Below, piece by piece: positions 1 through 12,611 of a DNA stretch of 64,000 nt. The stretch lies in assembly GCF_001194135.2 (NCBI RefSeq), contig NC_068997.1:37271180-37335179 (forward strand), written 5' to 3'. The notes beneath the pieces were generated by a model. The model did not search any database. It had not been told where the DNA came from and saw only the letters and a program-made list of their open reading frames with translations. Numbering within the stretch: position 1 is the first letter of the stretch; every line of letters begins with the position of its first letter. The DNA comes from Octopus bimaculoides (lineage: Eukaryota). Position numbers and translations under genes: made by a program.

Positions 1-286
1 AACCTGGCAATCTTATATCTTCTTTTCCAGTGAAATTCTTCACTGATATCGAAAAGGTGAAAACAAGCAATGTTAATTCTCTAAATGAAGTATTAACAGT
101 ATATACACACACATGTGCATATGCAGACACACATATATATACATATACACATACATGTACATACACACACATATAAATATGTTTGTTTGCAATGTCCTGT
201 ACCCAGATATGCACCTATACATACAGGTGGATGTCGGTATGCACATACCTGTACGTATATATACATATACTCATTTACTATTTGTT

Positions 287-288
<2 letters not shown>

Positions 289-340
<52 letters not shown>
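289..340. repeat. (TACA)n microsatellite
   Basis: Direct tandem repeat. It explains the HTYI-type ORFs in the track. Confidence 0.95.
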
Positions 341-346
<6 letters not shown>

Positions 347-371
347 CACACACATACATGTGCATACATAC

Positions 372-726
372 ATAGAATAAAGACCCCCTTTCGGTCATGA
401 ATGACCATGAGATTGCACCTAGAAAGTTCGGGCAAGGTTGTTTATGGACGACCAGCAGTTGCCCATGCATACCGGCCTCCCCTCCAACGCCACCAGTATT
501 ATCCAAGGGAAAGGCAAAGGCCGATACAGCTTGGCATCATAGACGTCGCAACTCATTTCTACAGCTGAGTGAACTGGAGCAATATAAAATAAAGTGACTT
601 GCTCATGAACACAACACACAGCCCGGTCTAGGAATCGAACTCACTACCTCATGATTGTGAGCCCGATGCTCTAACCACTGAGCCATGCATATATATTGTG
701 AGCCCGATGCTTTAACCACTCAACCA
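372..726 (-). mobile_element. tRNA-derived SINE (CORE-like body) with a partial tandem duplication of its head
   Basis: The reverse complement reads GCATGGCTCAGTGGTTAGAGCATCGGGCTC...GAGTTCGATTCC (A/B boxes), then a GAGCAAGTCACTT CORE-like body. The head segment TGTGAGCCCGATGCT(C/T)TAACCACT occurs twice. Confidence 0.8.
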
Positions 727-1133
727 TATATATATATATATTACGGATATGTACTTGCATTGCAAGTGACCTGATCTGAGATCGTGTGCTGGAACGAAAA
801 CAATTGCAGCGTGGAAGAAACACACAAAAACCGTTAGATTCACTTCAACATTTAAATTTAATTTGCCAAAATATTTTCGTCGCTTTGAGACCGCGACCTG
901 TTCACTGACAAATTTCCGTGCTGCATATATATATATATATATATATATANNNNNNNNNNNNNNNNNNNNNNNNNNNNNNNNNNNNNNNNNNNNNNNNNNN
1001 NNNNNNNNNNNNNNNNNNNNNNNNNNNNNNNNNNNNNNNNNNNNNNNNNNNNNNNNNNNNNNNNNNNNNNNNNNNNNNNNNNNNNNNNNNNNNNNNNNNN
1101 NNNNNNNNNNNNNNNNNNNNNNNNNNNNNNNNN

Positions 1134-1239
<106 letters not shown>

Positions 1240-1306
1240 ATATAAATTAACAGAATGAGATAAAAAATCTAAAGCTGTGAATAGTTTTCAGAACATTTAT
1301 AAAGAG

Positions 1307-1354
1307 GTCTTACAGCTGTTTCCGGGATATTTTATATATCCCTTCATCAGAGAC
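1307..1354 (-). ncRNA. Minimal type I hammerhead ribozyme motif
   Basis: Minus strand: GTCT-CTGATGA-AGGGATAT ATAAA ATATCCCG-GAAAC-AGCT-GTA-AGAC. Stem I is GTCT/AGAC, stem II is GGGATAT/ATATCCC, stem III is palindromic, and the cleavage triplet is GUA. Confidence 0.75.
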
Positions 1355-1649
1355 GGTGCGAGAAAATGTTTAAGTAATAGTTATTATAGAGAAGATATGA
1401 AATACAGAGTGAAGTGGAGGATGGAAAACAAACGTGAGATACGTAAGGATATTGTGTTTGCAGTCCCATTATTTAAGCAGAATGGTGTATATACAAGATA
1501 CAGAAAACTTATATATGCGCCATTCTGCTTAAATAATGGAACTGCAAATATAATATTCTTATGTATCTCGCGTTTGCTTTCCATCCTCCACTTCACTCTG
1601 TATTTCATATCTTCTCTATAATAACTATTACCTAACATTTTGTCGCACC

Positions 1650-1697
1650 GTCTCTGATGAAGGGATATATAAAATATCCCTGAAACAGCTGTGAGAC
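1650..1697 (+). ncRNA. Minimal type I hammerhead motif with a non-canonical GUG triplet (probably inactive)
   Basis: GTCT-CTGATGA-AGGGATAT ATAAA ATATCCCT-GAAAC-AGCT-GTG-AGAC. Confidence 0.65.
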
Positions 1698-2592
1698 CTC
1701 TTTATAAATGTCTTGAAAACTATTCACAGCCTTGGATTTTTTTAATCTCATTCTGTTAATTTTTATATATATATGCATGCTAATACACGACCTACGTTAG
1801 ACTCCACATTCGTATCATTATCGAACCTGGAGCTTAACTATATTCTGTCCATAACACTTACTCAGCATTACCTGACACCTTTGGGTCTTCTTGACACCAA
1901 TACCTCTCATACCCTATATATATTATATAGTTAAAAAAAGATTAAAAATCTATACACATTAAATTTTTATATATAACAGATTGAGGTGGAAATAGCTCAG
2001 AAATAAGACTAAGACATTTCACTTTAAGAGGGAATTTAATAAAAGTGATTTTAAAAATTATATAAAGAAAATATTACCGGTTTTAATGAATCTCATCTTA
2101 TCAAATATCAGTAAAAATTTATAAAAATTTGAAGTAAAAACAGTTTATCTTCTGTCTGGGAGTCAAGAACATGTTATATATATATTGTGTTTATTAAATA
2201 ATATTATCTCTCACCAGATGGAATACTTTCTGTTGACCTTACTATCACGAAACAGTACACCAAATATATNNNNNNNNNNNNNNNNNNNNNNNNNNNNNNN
2301 NNNNNNNNNNNNNNNNNNNNNNNNNNNNNNNNNNNNNNNNNNNNNNNNNNNNNNNNNNNNNNNNNNNNNNNNNNNNNNNNNNNNNNNNNNNNNNNNNNNN
2401 NNNNNNNNNNNNNNNNNNNNNNNNNNNNNNNNNNNNNNNNNNNNNNNNNNNNNNNNNNNNNNNNNNNNNNNNNNNNNNNNNNNNNNNNNNNNNNNNNNNN
2501 NNNNNNNNNNNNNNNNNNNNNNNNNNNNNNNNNNNNNNNNNNNNNNNNNNNNNNNNNNNNNNNNNNNNNNNNNNNNNNNNNNNNNNNNNNNN

Positions 2593-2633
<41 letters not shown>

Positions 2634-3050
2634 TATACACATATATACGACAGTCTTCTTTCTGTTTCCGTGTACGAAATCCATTCACAAGGCTTCGGTC
2701 GACCTGAGGCTATAATATTACTCTTTTATTGTTTTACTTGTTTCAGAACGTCACTACACACGTTTTAAAGGCGTGATCATTATTTATTACCAATAGAAAA
2801 TATATTGCATATTACATACCATTACGTATGAACCTTATTTGTTCAGGTGATATTCAACTGTTGTTCAGCGAAATAGACATTCAGTCTATAAGGATAAAGA
2901 TATTTATAAACACACTGAATGAAATAGGGATTTTTCAAACTGGGATGGAGATATTAAAGCTTGCAACCAAAGATCACGATTACAAAGGCAATGCGTGTGT
3001 CTATACACATACATATATACACATACATATTCATATATGAATATGTATGT

Positions 3051-3120
<70 letters not shown>

Positions 3121-3122
<2 letters not shown>

Positions 3123-3272
3123 TGATACAGGTATGGAGCCTTACATACAGGACTTTAAATTTCTGCCTCAACAATTCGATGACCGTTGCATCGATGAAGA
3201 CGTGCGACGATCATCAAATTGTTGACAGAGAAACTTAATGCCCTGTATGTAAATCTCCATACTTGTATCAAT
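3121..3272. repeat. About 150-bp imperfect hairpin (MITE-like or Penelope-tail foldback)
   Basis: ATTGATACAGGTATGGAG pairs with CTCCATACTTGTATCAAT, TTACATACAGG with CCTGTATGTAA, and TCAACAATT with AATTGTTGA. Confidence 0.7.
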
Positions 3273-3368
3273 CAATAAATATATAGTCCTCTATTTGCAA
3301 CGATACTGAGGTCTACCTCTTTTGTTGTCACACTTGGTTTGTCGATGTATGTATGTATGTATGTATGC

Positions 3369-3411
<43 letters not shown>

Positions 3412-3419
3412 CCGTAATG

Positions 3420-4200
3420 AGATGTCATGTTCTGGGCTTCTGGATGAGTATATCTAGGATAACAGTTGATCAACGTACATGATATCTGCGACCTACGTCA
3501 TACTTCTGTATCTGCTACCTGTGTTCTAATTGTGGTTGGTAAGATAACATTTCATTTCGGAGGGCTTTTATTAACTAACTTGGTATCCCGTTAGAATATC
3601 GGTTATTTTAATTTAAATCTTGGTTGGCGAATTATTGCATTGCTTATTGGGTCATTAATAAGTATGTGCATGTGGTAGTTTAGTGCAGTTACTAGTCGCT
3701 GTGTTGTTAGGAAATTAGCTTTGCACTTGTCGACAGGGAAATATTTTGAAATCTAGTTTAGAACATATTTCATTATATGTGAGTTTACTTTGAGATTGAA
3801 TATTGGTTGAACCAGATAGTATTTTGGTCATTGTTATGATTCCTTTTCTTTTTTTCATGAGTTTCTTTTCACTCGTAGACTGCACCTCCTTGGGTATGAA
3901 ACTGTTTTTTCTTTGAAATCACAATTCTCCGAAGGCCCTCTATAGTTCATAACTGCTCTGTCAAATGTGGTTTTGTCTTATACATATTTAGAAATTCATT
4001 CACTTATAATTCAAACTAAATTCTTAACAGAGGTAGGGATGATTAAATACTATGGCTAGTATTATGTCTTAGTTCTTATGAAGTACTGGACAGATCTCTG
4101 TTAATTGTGTGCTCTTCTGTACGTTAATATTTTCTGAAATAGTCAAGCTGATGTATTTAGACAATAATGTTTTGACTATATAAATTGACGAATTCGTAAG
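3420..4200 (-). mobile_element. Highly decayed Penelope-like ORF remnant (tentative)
   Basis: The minus strand near 3800-3830 translates TIWFNQYS, resembling the IIWFNPPYS motif between RT and GIY-YIG in Penelope-like elements. Many stop codons. Confidence 0.35.
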
Positions 4201-4441
4201 CATTTGCGCCATTCAGAAACCAATAAGGACATAAAAAATATATTCGCTATCCTTCACCAATGATATACCTTTGCTAAAAAGCAAAGATTTTTTTGGCATG
4301 GACAATGGTATTAATATATTCTTGTAATATATTCTTGGTATTAATATATTCTATGTAATATATTCTTCCAAATTCCAGTGCTACGAAAAGAAGATTTGTG
4401 TGTGTATATATATATATATACATATAAGATATTTTAATATC

Positions 4442-4612
4442 CACAAAAATCAGAACTTAACTGTAGTTCTTGGTGGTCCAAATCAAATATGCAATCTATG
4501 TGGGCGTCTTTCCAATACATTGTCTGGTTTAAAAAGCCACATCAGACGCCATGATGGATTTAAGGTGTAAGTACAAGAAGTGGTCAGACTCTATATACGG
4601 AATAGACAACTA

Positions 4613-4615
<3 letters not shown>
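4442..4615 (+). mobile_element. 3' end of an RTE-type LINE with its terminal C2H2 finger
   Basis: 4490-4552 encodes CNLCGRLSNTLSGLKSHIRRH (C-x2-C-x12-H-x3-H), with a stop at 4568-4570, a short tail and (TA)n. This resembles the CxxCGR..S..GL.SH.R.H end of RTE ORFs. Confidence 0.5.
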
Positions 4616-4647
<32 letters not shown>

Positions 4648-5950
4648 TGTGTGTGCGTTACTCAAGAAAACACGCTACCCGGTCTGGGAATCGAACCCAT
4701 GATCTAGCGATCGTGAATGCAGCAGTCTTCATATATATATATATACATATATATTCTGAGTTGTACATGCTAGACAATTATTTTATTTGATTGCACATAT
4801 TGAAACTGAAATATCGTGGAGGATCCATTTTAAATATTTAAGAAAAGAGCAACTTGCTCACTGACACAGTTATATATAACGAAACTTCTTTACACATAAT
4901 AAACGTTTCTTAAATATTTCTAAATTGCCAAATAACTTTTTCCCAATTTATGTATGTATGTGTATGTATGTATGTGTATGTATATGTGTTATGAAACACA
5001 TGCGTACAGATTGACGGGGACTATTAGTTTCGCCTATCGGCTTGTTCAGTCGGTGAAGTAGTTCTTGCCTTCCTCCTTTTTTCAATAGAGCTAGATAGGC
5101 TTCAGCAAAAGAAAGGAGAGTGTAGGGTGAATTTTACAAATTTTTAAGAATATCCATAAAAGGAAAGTTTTAAAATTAAATAAATGTTTAAAGGTTAATA
5201 TAGTGTTAAAAAGTTTGATTTTTCCATGAGCCTGTCATTATACATATCATACTTTCGCCCTTTTCTCTTAGGTATGCCGTAACGGCATGCATCATTAGCT
5301 AGTCTGAAATCCACTATACGTAATACCTTCTTTTCTTTTTTAATTAATTACGTTGAAATAAATTAATTCTGGAAACAAATTCACATCACCGATTCAAGAA
5401 ACATCTGCTGACATTCAGTAATCCATTTTTTCTCATAGAATACTTATACTTTCCATTTATATTCCATACATTCCAACTTGTAATTCTCATATACAATAAC
5501 CATAAATCAAAATGGTATGGTGAATTTTAAAATATGTTCTTATAGATATCCTATCCTATTAGATATAGCTACACAAATATATTAGAAACGGTAACTAAAC
5601 AAATACTTATTTAGAAAGTTAAATATTTCCCGTACATAAATTCTCAGATGACACTCACTCTTTTGCAATAAAATTTTTTTAAAAGCCAATCAGTTTAGAA
5701 GATACCCTCAACTCCTAGCGACCTGTATTCCACGAACTTATTCGCTCCTATTGTTTTCTCCTGCCTTCTCCATTCCAACTTAACCTTCCTTCAACCAGCC
5801 GCCAACAATTCCAATGAACATAACAACAAAATAGAACAATAAACTCAAGAAAAGCAATTTCTGGAAAGGAAAGAAAGCAAGATAGAAAGTCACGGAGCTT
5901 CAAACACATGTTCAGCTTCGGCGACAAATAGCAGTAACAACAATAATAGC

Positions 5951-5956
<6 letters not shown>

Positions 5957-6034
<78 letters not shown>

Positions 6035-6037
6035 AAT
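5957..6037. repeat. (AAT)n(GAT)n compound microsatellite
   Basis: Direct tandem repeat. Confidence 0.95.
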
Positions 6038-6039
6038 AC

Positions 6040-6580
6040 GTCGGAGTCACTAGGCAGTGACTTTCATAGCTTCTCATCTTAATTGATTGGAAGTGTTATC
6101 ATGTACATTGTTTTGTCTTTGTACAAAAGATGGTCTACAGAAAATATTTTGCTCAATACCACAGATTTACTTGTCAGTTATTTCACCTTGACCAGTTGAG
6201 CATGTCCCTTGGTAGCTGACGATATGTGCATCTCTGATCACGAGCAGAAGTAGTAGGAGAGCATCATAGCCACATGTTGAGAGGAATTATTTGGGGTTTG
6301 GATAATTCACCTCTGGAAACATTGGGTGTTTCATTCAACATCCTTAAACAACCCTTATCCAAGGACCATTTGAGCGGGATGGGCTACTCGACCCGAAGAA
6401 AATTCTAACTGGACCCCACATGCAAGGTCATGTACGCTTAATCTTTATATGAGATCACCATGTAGCGCACATATAGTTGTGATGCATGTGCCTGGTGTAT
6501 CCTTATCAGACGAGTAGTCATGATGGATATACTGGGCTTCTTATATTTTATCCCAGTATCATTTTGATGGCATGTACTGC
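6040..6580. repeat. Interspersed repeat of unclear class, flanked by AAT arrays
   Basis: It resembles, from memory, a common octopus repeat. No coding capacity is visible and it is bounded by microsatellites on both sides. Confidence 0.4.
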
Positions 6581-6598
6581 TCTCTCTCTCTCTCTCTC

Positions 6599-6669
<71 letters not shown>

Positions 6670-6685
6670 TGATAATAATAATAAT
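6599..6685. repeat. (AAT)n microsatellite, the apparent target of the adjacent R4/Dong-like LINE
   Basis: Direct tandem repeat abutting the 5' junction of the LINE. Confidence 0.95.
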
Positions 6686-9452
6686 GAAATTCTGAAATAC
6701 ATCAGAACAAAAAACATCACAGAAACAAATAATTTGATCAAGGCAACAAGTAGCAGAAAATGTGGGTGTGGATGTCAAGGAAAAGCAATATAATGGGAAT
6801 GAAAAAGGCAAAGATCCATGGTGGAATAGAAGAATACAGGTGGAGTTAGATATGCTCTCGAAGGACATTTCTATGTTAGACCGAAAAGAGAAGGGGGAGT
6901 TTAAAAACGAACAAAAAATTAGGCACTGAACAGGAAGTATGATATTGAAAGAATGGGCCTGAAAGTGGTAATGGAGGAACTGAAACAGCGCCCCGTTGCA
7001 AAGAAAGCAAAGATGGTCAGATACGATTGAAAAATGAAGAGGTACCAGTAGATGAGAAGAGATTCTACAAAGAAATAAATGGAGAGTGTACAGATGAAAA
7101 GTTGATACCAGATAACATTGAAAGTCAAAGGTTTTGGAGTGACATCTGGAGCAAAGACGAGGAACGTAAGAAGGATGTTGAATGATTGCAAGAACTGAAA
7201 CAAACAGTAGTTTGTCCAAAACAGGCAGAACTAATCATTTCAGTTAGGGAAGTGAAGGAAATCAGCAATAAATGGGCAACTGGAAGGCCCGGGACCAGAT
7301 GGAGTTCAAGGCTACTGGATCAAAAGATTTGGTGAATGTCATGCACGAATAGTTGCGCAACGCAATACCTTGTTAAATGCCGACCAAATAACACCAGAGT
7401 GGCTGACATTGGGTAGGACAGTGCTGTGCTTGAAAAACATCGATAAAGTCAATACGGTAGACAATTACAGGCCGATATCCTGCTTGCCACTTATGTGGAA
7501 ATTATTGACTGGAATCGTCGCAGAGTCAATGTACGGGCGTCTGGAAAAAATGGAGTCCTGCCACATGAGCAGACGGGTTGCAAGCGTAAGTGCAGAGGTA
7601 CCAAGGATCAACTCCCGGTAGACAAAACTGTACTTAGAGACTGCAAGAGGAGGAAAACTAACTTAGCCATGTCATGGATCGATTATCGTAAGAGTACGAT
7701 ATGATCCCACATTCTTGGATTATGGAATTTATGAACCTATTTGGGATTGCATCGAATGTTGAGCGATTGCTTGGAAAAAGTATGGCGAAGTGGAGGATCG
7801 AACTGATGGCATATGGAAGAAGTTTAGGGACAATAGAAATCATGAGATGCATCTTCCAAGGAGATTGCCTGTCCCCACTGATCTTTGTACGGTGCATGAT
7901 ACCACTAACACTGATTCTGGGGAAAGCAAAGGCTGGGTATGTATTTAAGAGCCGCCAACAAAAAGTCAACCACTTGTTATTCATGGTTGACTTCAAACTT
8001 TATGGTAAAGATAAAGCCCAAGTCAGTCCCCTCGTTGATACGGTGTATACTTTCAGTGCTGATATCAGAATGGAGTTCTGACTGAAAAAGTGTGGTGTGG
8101 TAGTCTTGAAGAGAAGCAAAATCAAATATATGAACGGGCTAGCGATACCGTCGGAGGAGGTTATGAAGCAGATAGAAGAGACGGGCTATAAGTACTTGGG
8201 GATTTTGGAAATGGATGAATTGATGGAGGAAAAAATGAAAGAAGAATTTAAGGTGGAATAATTGCACAGACTGAGACTGATCCTTAAGTCGAAATTAAAC
8301 GGACGGAATAAGATTGAAGCTATCAATACCTGGGCGGTTTCACTCCTTAGATACGGAGTAGGAGTAATCGCATGGACAGTAGACGAACTAAACAGCTAAG
8401 GCAAAAAGACAAGGAAGTTGCTGACTAGATATGGGATACTCCACCCAAAAAGTGACACAGACAGACTGTATGTACCAAGAAAAAGAGGGGGAAAAGGACT
8501 GATTGGATGCGAACACAGCATTAGAGAAGAAAACAACATAGCATGGTATGTAAAAGATGCCACATAACCGCTATTATTGGAAGTAAGAAGGTCAAGCTTG
8601 TGTAGGATGGAAGATTGCAAAGATAAAGCACTGTACAAGCACTTGAGAATGAATGAAATTGAAAATATGTGGATAAAGAAAAGAATGCATAGAAAATTTC
8701 ATAGGGATGTTAAAGATAAGCAGACAGAGAAAAAAGATGGCTATGGATGACTAACAGTGATTTAAAACAGGAAACGGAGGCTATAGTCTGTGCTGCCCAA
8801 GAGCAAGCATTGAGAACGAATTACAACAAATACAGAAGAGATAACACATCAGAAAGTGATAGTGATAAGTGCAGAATTTGTAGACAAAATGGTGAAACCG
8901 TATGCCACTAGTCCAGAAAGAATATAAAGAAACGTCATGACAATATAGCAAGGATTGTCCATTGGACACTTTGCAACAAAGTGCGAACATAAGCCCGAAG
9001 GCATCATCGAAAATGATAATGCAAAGGTCCAATGGGATTTTATGATTCAGTGCGACCATGAGATAGAGAATAAGAAACCAGACATAGTATTAATTGAGAA
9101 AGAAAGCAAACGTTGCTGGATCTTACATATAGCATGCCCAGCTGACAACAAGGTATGCGATAAGGAAGAAAGAAAAGTCAATAGATATAAAAGGTTAGCT
9201 TGGGAGGTAAAGCAGTTGTGGTCGCTGAAAAATGTGGTAGTAGTACCAATAATTGTTGGAGCTCTGGGAACAGTGACTAAAAACTTTGAGAAGTACATGG
9301 AACAAATAGGGGCTGCATTAAGAGTGAAGCACATGCAAAAAACAGCACTGCTTAGAACTGCTCGAAAAATAAGGGTTGTTACCTTAGTTCACTGGTAGTG
9401 AACAGCTGACACCGTTGTACATCTCCAGCGTCAGAAGCTGTGGAAAGACAGT
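6686..9452 (+). mobile_element. 5'-truncated, frameshifted R4/Dong-clade non-LTR retrotransposon (RT, CCHC finger, restriction-like endonuclease)
   Basis: RT motifs [38 protein letters not shown] and VNHLLFMVDFKLYGK. C-terminal motifs RHDNIARIVHW, WDFMIQCDHEIENKKPDIVLIEK and VVPIIVGALGTV. The 3' end is followed by AATAAT. Confidence 0.88.
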
Positions 9453-9750
9453 AAAATAATTGTTTCAAATTTTGTCACAAGGGCAGCAGTTTTGGGGGCG
9501 GGAATAAGCCGTTTACATCGATGCCCTCTTCCAGTTTCGTTCCTCCCGTTTAGAAAAGCATATTCAGAGCAGATCCATTCAGTCTCACCAGTCTTGCCAC
9601 TGTCGACCACCTTTTGATAAACACATTAGAAGGCAGCACGTCCCTCTTTATCCTCACCGTCCTCTTCAAATGATATTTGAAGAAATTGATGTTAAATTGT
9701 CGTATGTCCAAATTTGACCAAATGCATTTTTTCAATATTTATTTTTGCTT

Positions 9751-9965
9751 AAGGTGGCGTGCTGGCAGAAACGTTAGCACGCCGGACGAAATGCTTAGCG
9801 GTATTTCGTCTGCCTCTACGTTCTAAGTTCAAATTCCGCCGAGGTCGACTTTACCTTTCATCCTTTCGGGGTCGATAAATTAAGTACCAGTTGCATACTG
9901 GAGGTCGATCTAATCAACTGTCCCGTCTCCCCAAAAAGTTCGGGCCTTGAACGTACAGTATAAAA
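9751..9965 (+). mobile_element. tRNA-derived SINE with a Meta-domain-like core; CpGs retained
   Basis: Head GGTGGCGTGCTGGCAGAAACGTTAGC...GTTCAAATTCC, core CCTTTCATCCTTTCGGGGTCGATAAATTAAGTACCAG. Many homologous copies occur in the window. Confidence 0.85.
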
Positions 9966-11362
9966 AACTATTTTTGCTTGCAAAGCCGGTTCTTTTGGTC
10001 AAACTATCGTACATCCAGCTGCTTCAGATGCCAAAATATCAAAAATTGTCAAAGTGTAGTACAACGGTTTTGCTATGGAATGGTGAAACTATTTTTCCGT
10101 TTACTGAAAAAGCAACGTCTTGGACTTACGACACTTTTGCATAATAGTAACGATATGTATGCAATGTATGTATGTATGTATGTATGTATGTATGTCACTA
10201 TTCAGTTTTATTTCAAAATGTCTTGTCAAGAGCCGGTTTCTAACTTAGATCCAAGACTTCTTCATTGGAATTTCAACATCAACAACCAAACTCACTTCTG
10301 TCATCTTCTTTACCTCATCAGAAGAGCTGTTATTCTGTACAAAGATAATTTTTCTCTAATAGCAGTCGGTTTGATTTTAGAAGGACGGTGAACCTCAGTT
10401 GTTCATCGTCTTCATCGTCTTCATCCGTATTCTGAGGAGGGGTATCATTTTTGTTTTGAGGAGCATATAAGTAAATAAAAGAATATAAATAAAACACAAA
10501 GCAAATAAAAGCAACTCACCTATACGCATGCGAGGTGCCGACACCTAGGTTTCATCAAGGTACCTTACAGTCATGATCCCCTCAGTTTCCATGTACTCCG
10601 TAACCATATATTCTGTTTTTGAAGTCCCAAAGGTGCTAGTGAGCAAAACCACATAGTCAAAGCCCATTTCTTCCTATATCTGTACTTTATCTTTTCGTTC
10701 TTCTTGCCGTTCGATCAAGTCGTTCATCTCGTTGGGCAATTTGAAAGCTGGTTATTCGAGGAACTGTGAACCTCAACCAATTCTTGGAAATGGTGGATTC
10801 ATCCTCGCATGCCTCACTTTCTTCTTGGGTTCACTTTTTAGAGGGAAAGGTCCTTTCTTTCTTTTCTATTTTTCTATTGCTCTTGATAGTTTTTTTACCT
10901 TTGGGGCAGAAGTATGGATAACAAACCACATTAAATTGTGAACATGTTATCCGTATCTAAAGTTCGGTTCCCTTTCCTTCTCCCTCTCCCTCCTTCTTAT
11001 AAACTAGTGATAAAGATTCGTATTCTCTGTGTTTTTTTTCTACCTAGATTACCAAGAAAAAATTTCGATAAAAGTAAAAAATTAAGAAATTGGGGTAGGA
11101 AGGAAGAGAATAAAAATATTGAGAACGTGTTTTTGGGTGAAATTCTAATCTTCTGTATTGGAAGAAATTTAGGAAAAATCAGGGAAGAGGGACACAAATG
11201 TCAACTCGGATATGTTAGAAACAACAGGTAAAGGACAGGATTTCTGGGAGGACTTTTAAGTTTATATCGAAGATCAGGTTTTTAAATACAGTCATCAGGA
11301 AAGTTGTCAACTCGATCATATGGTCGACCATATGAGATCATGATTGTTCGTTAATTTCCGTA

Positions 11363-11401
<39 letters not shown>

Positions 11402-11855
11402 CGTGTGCGTGTGTGTGTACACGTGTGTGTGTACGTGTGTGCATGTGCGTGAGAGAGAGGGAGAGAGAGAGAGACTGAGTGAGGGAGTGAGTGAAGGTAT
11501 GTGCTGTCATATATGTATTTTTTGCATGTATATGTAAGTGGCATTCACTCGGTCTCTCTCTGTCTCTCACACATACACGTTATCTTTCATATACACGTAC
11601 ATAAATATATATGCATACGTCTTTTTTGCATATATGTGTGNNNNNNNNNNNNNNNNNNNNNNNNNNNNNNNNNNNNNNNNNNNNNNNNNNNNNNNNNNNN
11701 NNNNNNNNNNNNNNNNNNNNNNNNNNNNNNNNNNNNNNNNNNNNNNNNNNNNNNNNNNNNNNNNNNNNNNNNNNNNNNNNNNNNNNNNNNNNNNNNNNNN
11801 NNNNNNNNNNNNNNNNNNNNNNNNNNNNNNNNNNNNNNNNNNNNNNNNNNNNNNN

Positions 11856-11916
<61 letters not shown>

Positions 11917-12611
11917 CTCTTAATATATATAGATAATAAAAACTCAAGTATTGTCGGATTTCTCTGTGGTGTGTTAACGAATTTCTAAATTTCATAGTGC
12001 TCCTGCTTCTTATAAAGATAAGTCTACACCACCTTGCAGTTAAGTTATCAAATCAAAGGAATAAAATGTAACAGAAAATAGTAATTGAAAAACAGTAAAT
12101 GTCCCATTTGATGTTTTTTTAAAGGTTTTGAATAACTCGTGATTTCTTTTCACATACTTGTAATGCCGCTATATATATTATCATCGTGTACAAGTCACGC
12201 ATTGTCAGTTTATTAGGACTTTAAATATTTGTTTAATTAATTTCTCATATTTATGTTATTTAAATGAAAAATTTTTCCTTGTAATTTAACTTATTCCGTA
12301 ACGACGTACTGATGTAGTTTTGTGTGCTTTTTATGGAAATTAAATTCATTTTTGCCATAAATTAAATAAAAAGTTAATAGCTTTTAAAGTTTGCAAATTT
12401 TGCGTAATTTTAGCCAATCGAAAGCCACAGACATGTTAGTGTCTGTTTCTATAGTAATAAACCATATAGTCTGCTTAAACTACTACAACCACGCGTATTA
12501 TCTTTTCCTATTTTCTTAACTTTTGTACAACCTCATTTTTGTGGTTTTGTGTTGAAGAACTAGGAATGAGCCACTGCACAGCTGTTGATTCCAACTACTA
12601 TATTTGTGAAT

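Larger units (their letters stand above)
1241..1765. mobile_element. About 525-bp imperfect palindrome; Penelope-like inverted pseudo-LTR pair
   Basis: The left and right halves are reverse complements, which is why ORFs 1277+ and 1638- translate almost identically. Each arm carries a hammerhead motif. Confidence 0.75.

Noticed and set aside
31-56. Micro-exon candidate (TTCTTTTCCAG|...AAAG|GTGAAA) at the window start
   Set aside because: It is only 26 nt, has no context upstream of the window, and has no supporting evidence.
113-400. HT/YI/CV-rich and X-filled ORFs throughout the ORF track
   Set aside because: They are translations of microsatellites and N gaps.
860-915. GTCGC...GCGAC-GAAA stem on the minus strand resembling hammerhead stem II
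   Set aside because: There is no CUGANGA core and no stem III or NUH site.
3189-3207. GCATCGATGAAGAC resembles the conserved 5.8S rRNA motif
   Set aside because: The match is only about 13 nt, the flanks do not resemble 5.8S, and it is the centre of a hairpin repeat.
4490-4552. C2H2 finger as an exon of a host zinc-finger gene
   Set aside because: It is a single finger followed by a stop and a retroposon-like tail, so the RTE terminal finger is the simpler explanation.
10250-10325. CTGATGA (minus strand) with a distant GAAAC
   Set aside because: No stem I or stem II pairing is possible. The isolated CTGATGA hits near 11293, 26071, 31637 and 53146 fail the same way.
11048-11227. 180-nt open + strand segment with AG and GT boundaries
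   Set aside because: The Lys-rich translation has no recognisable homology and there are no supporting neighbouring exons.
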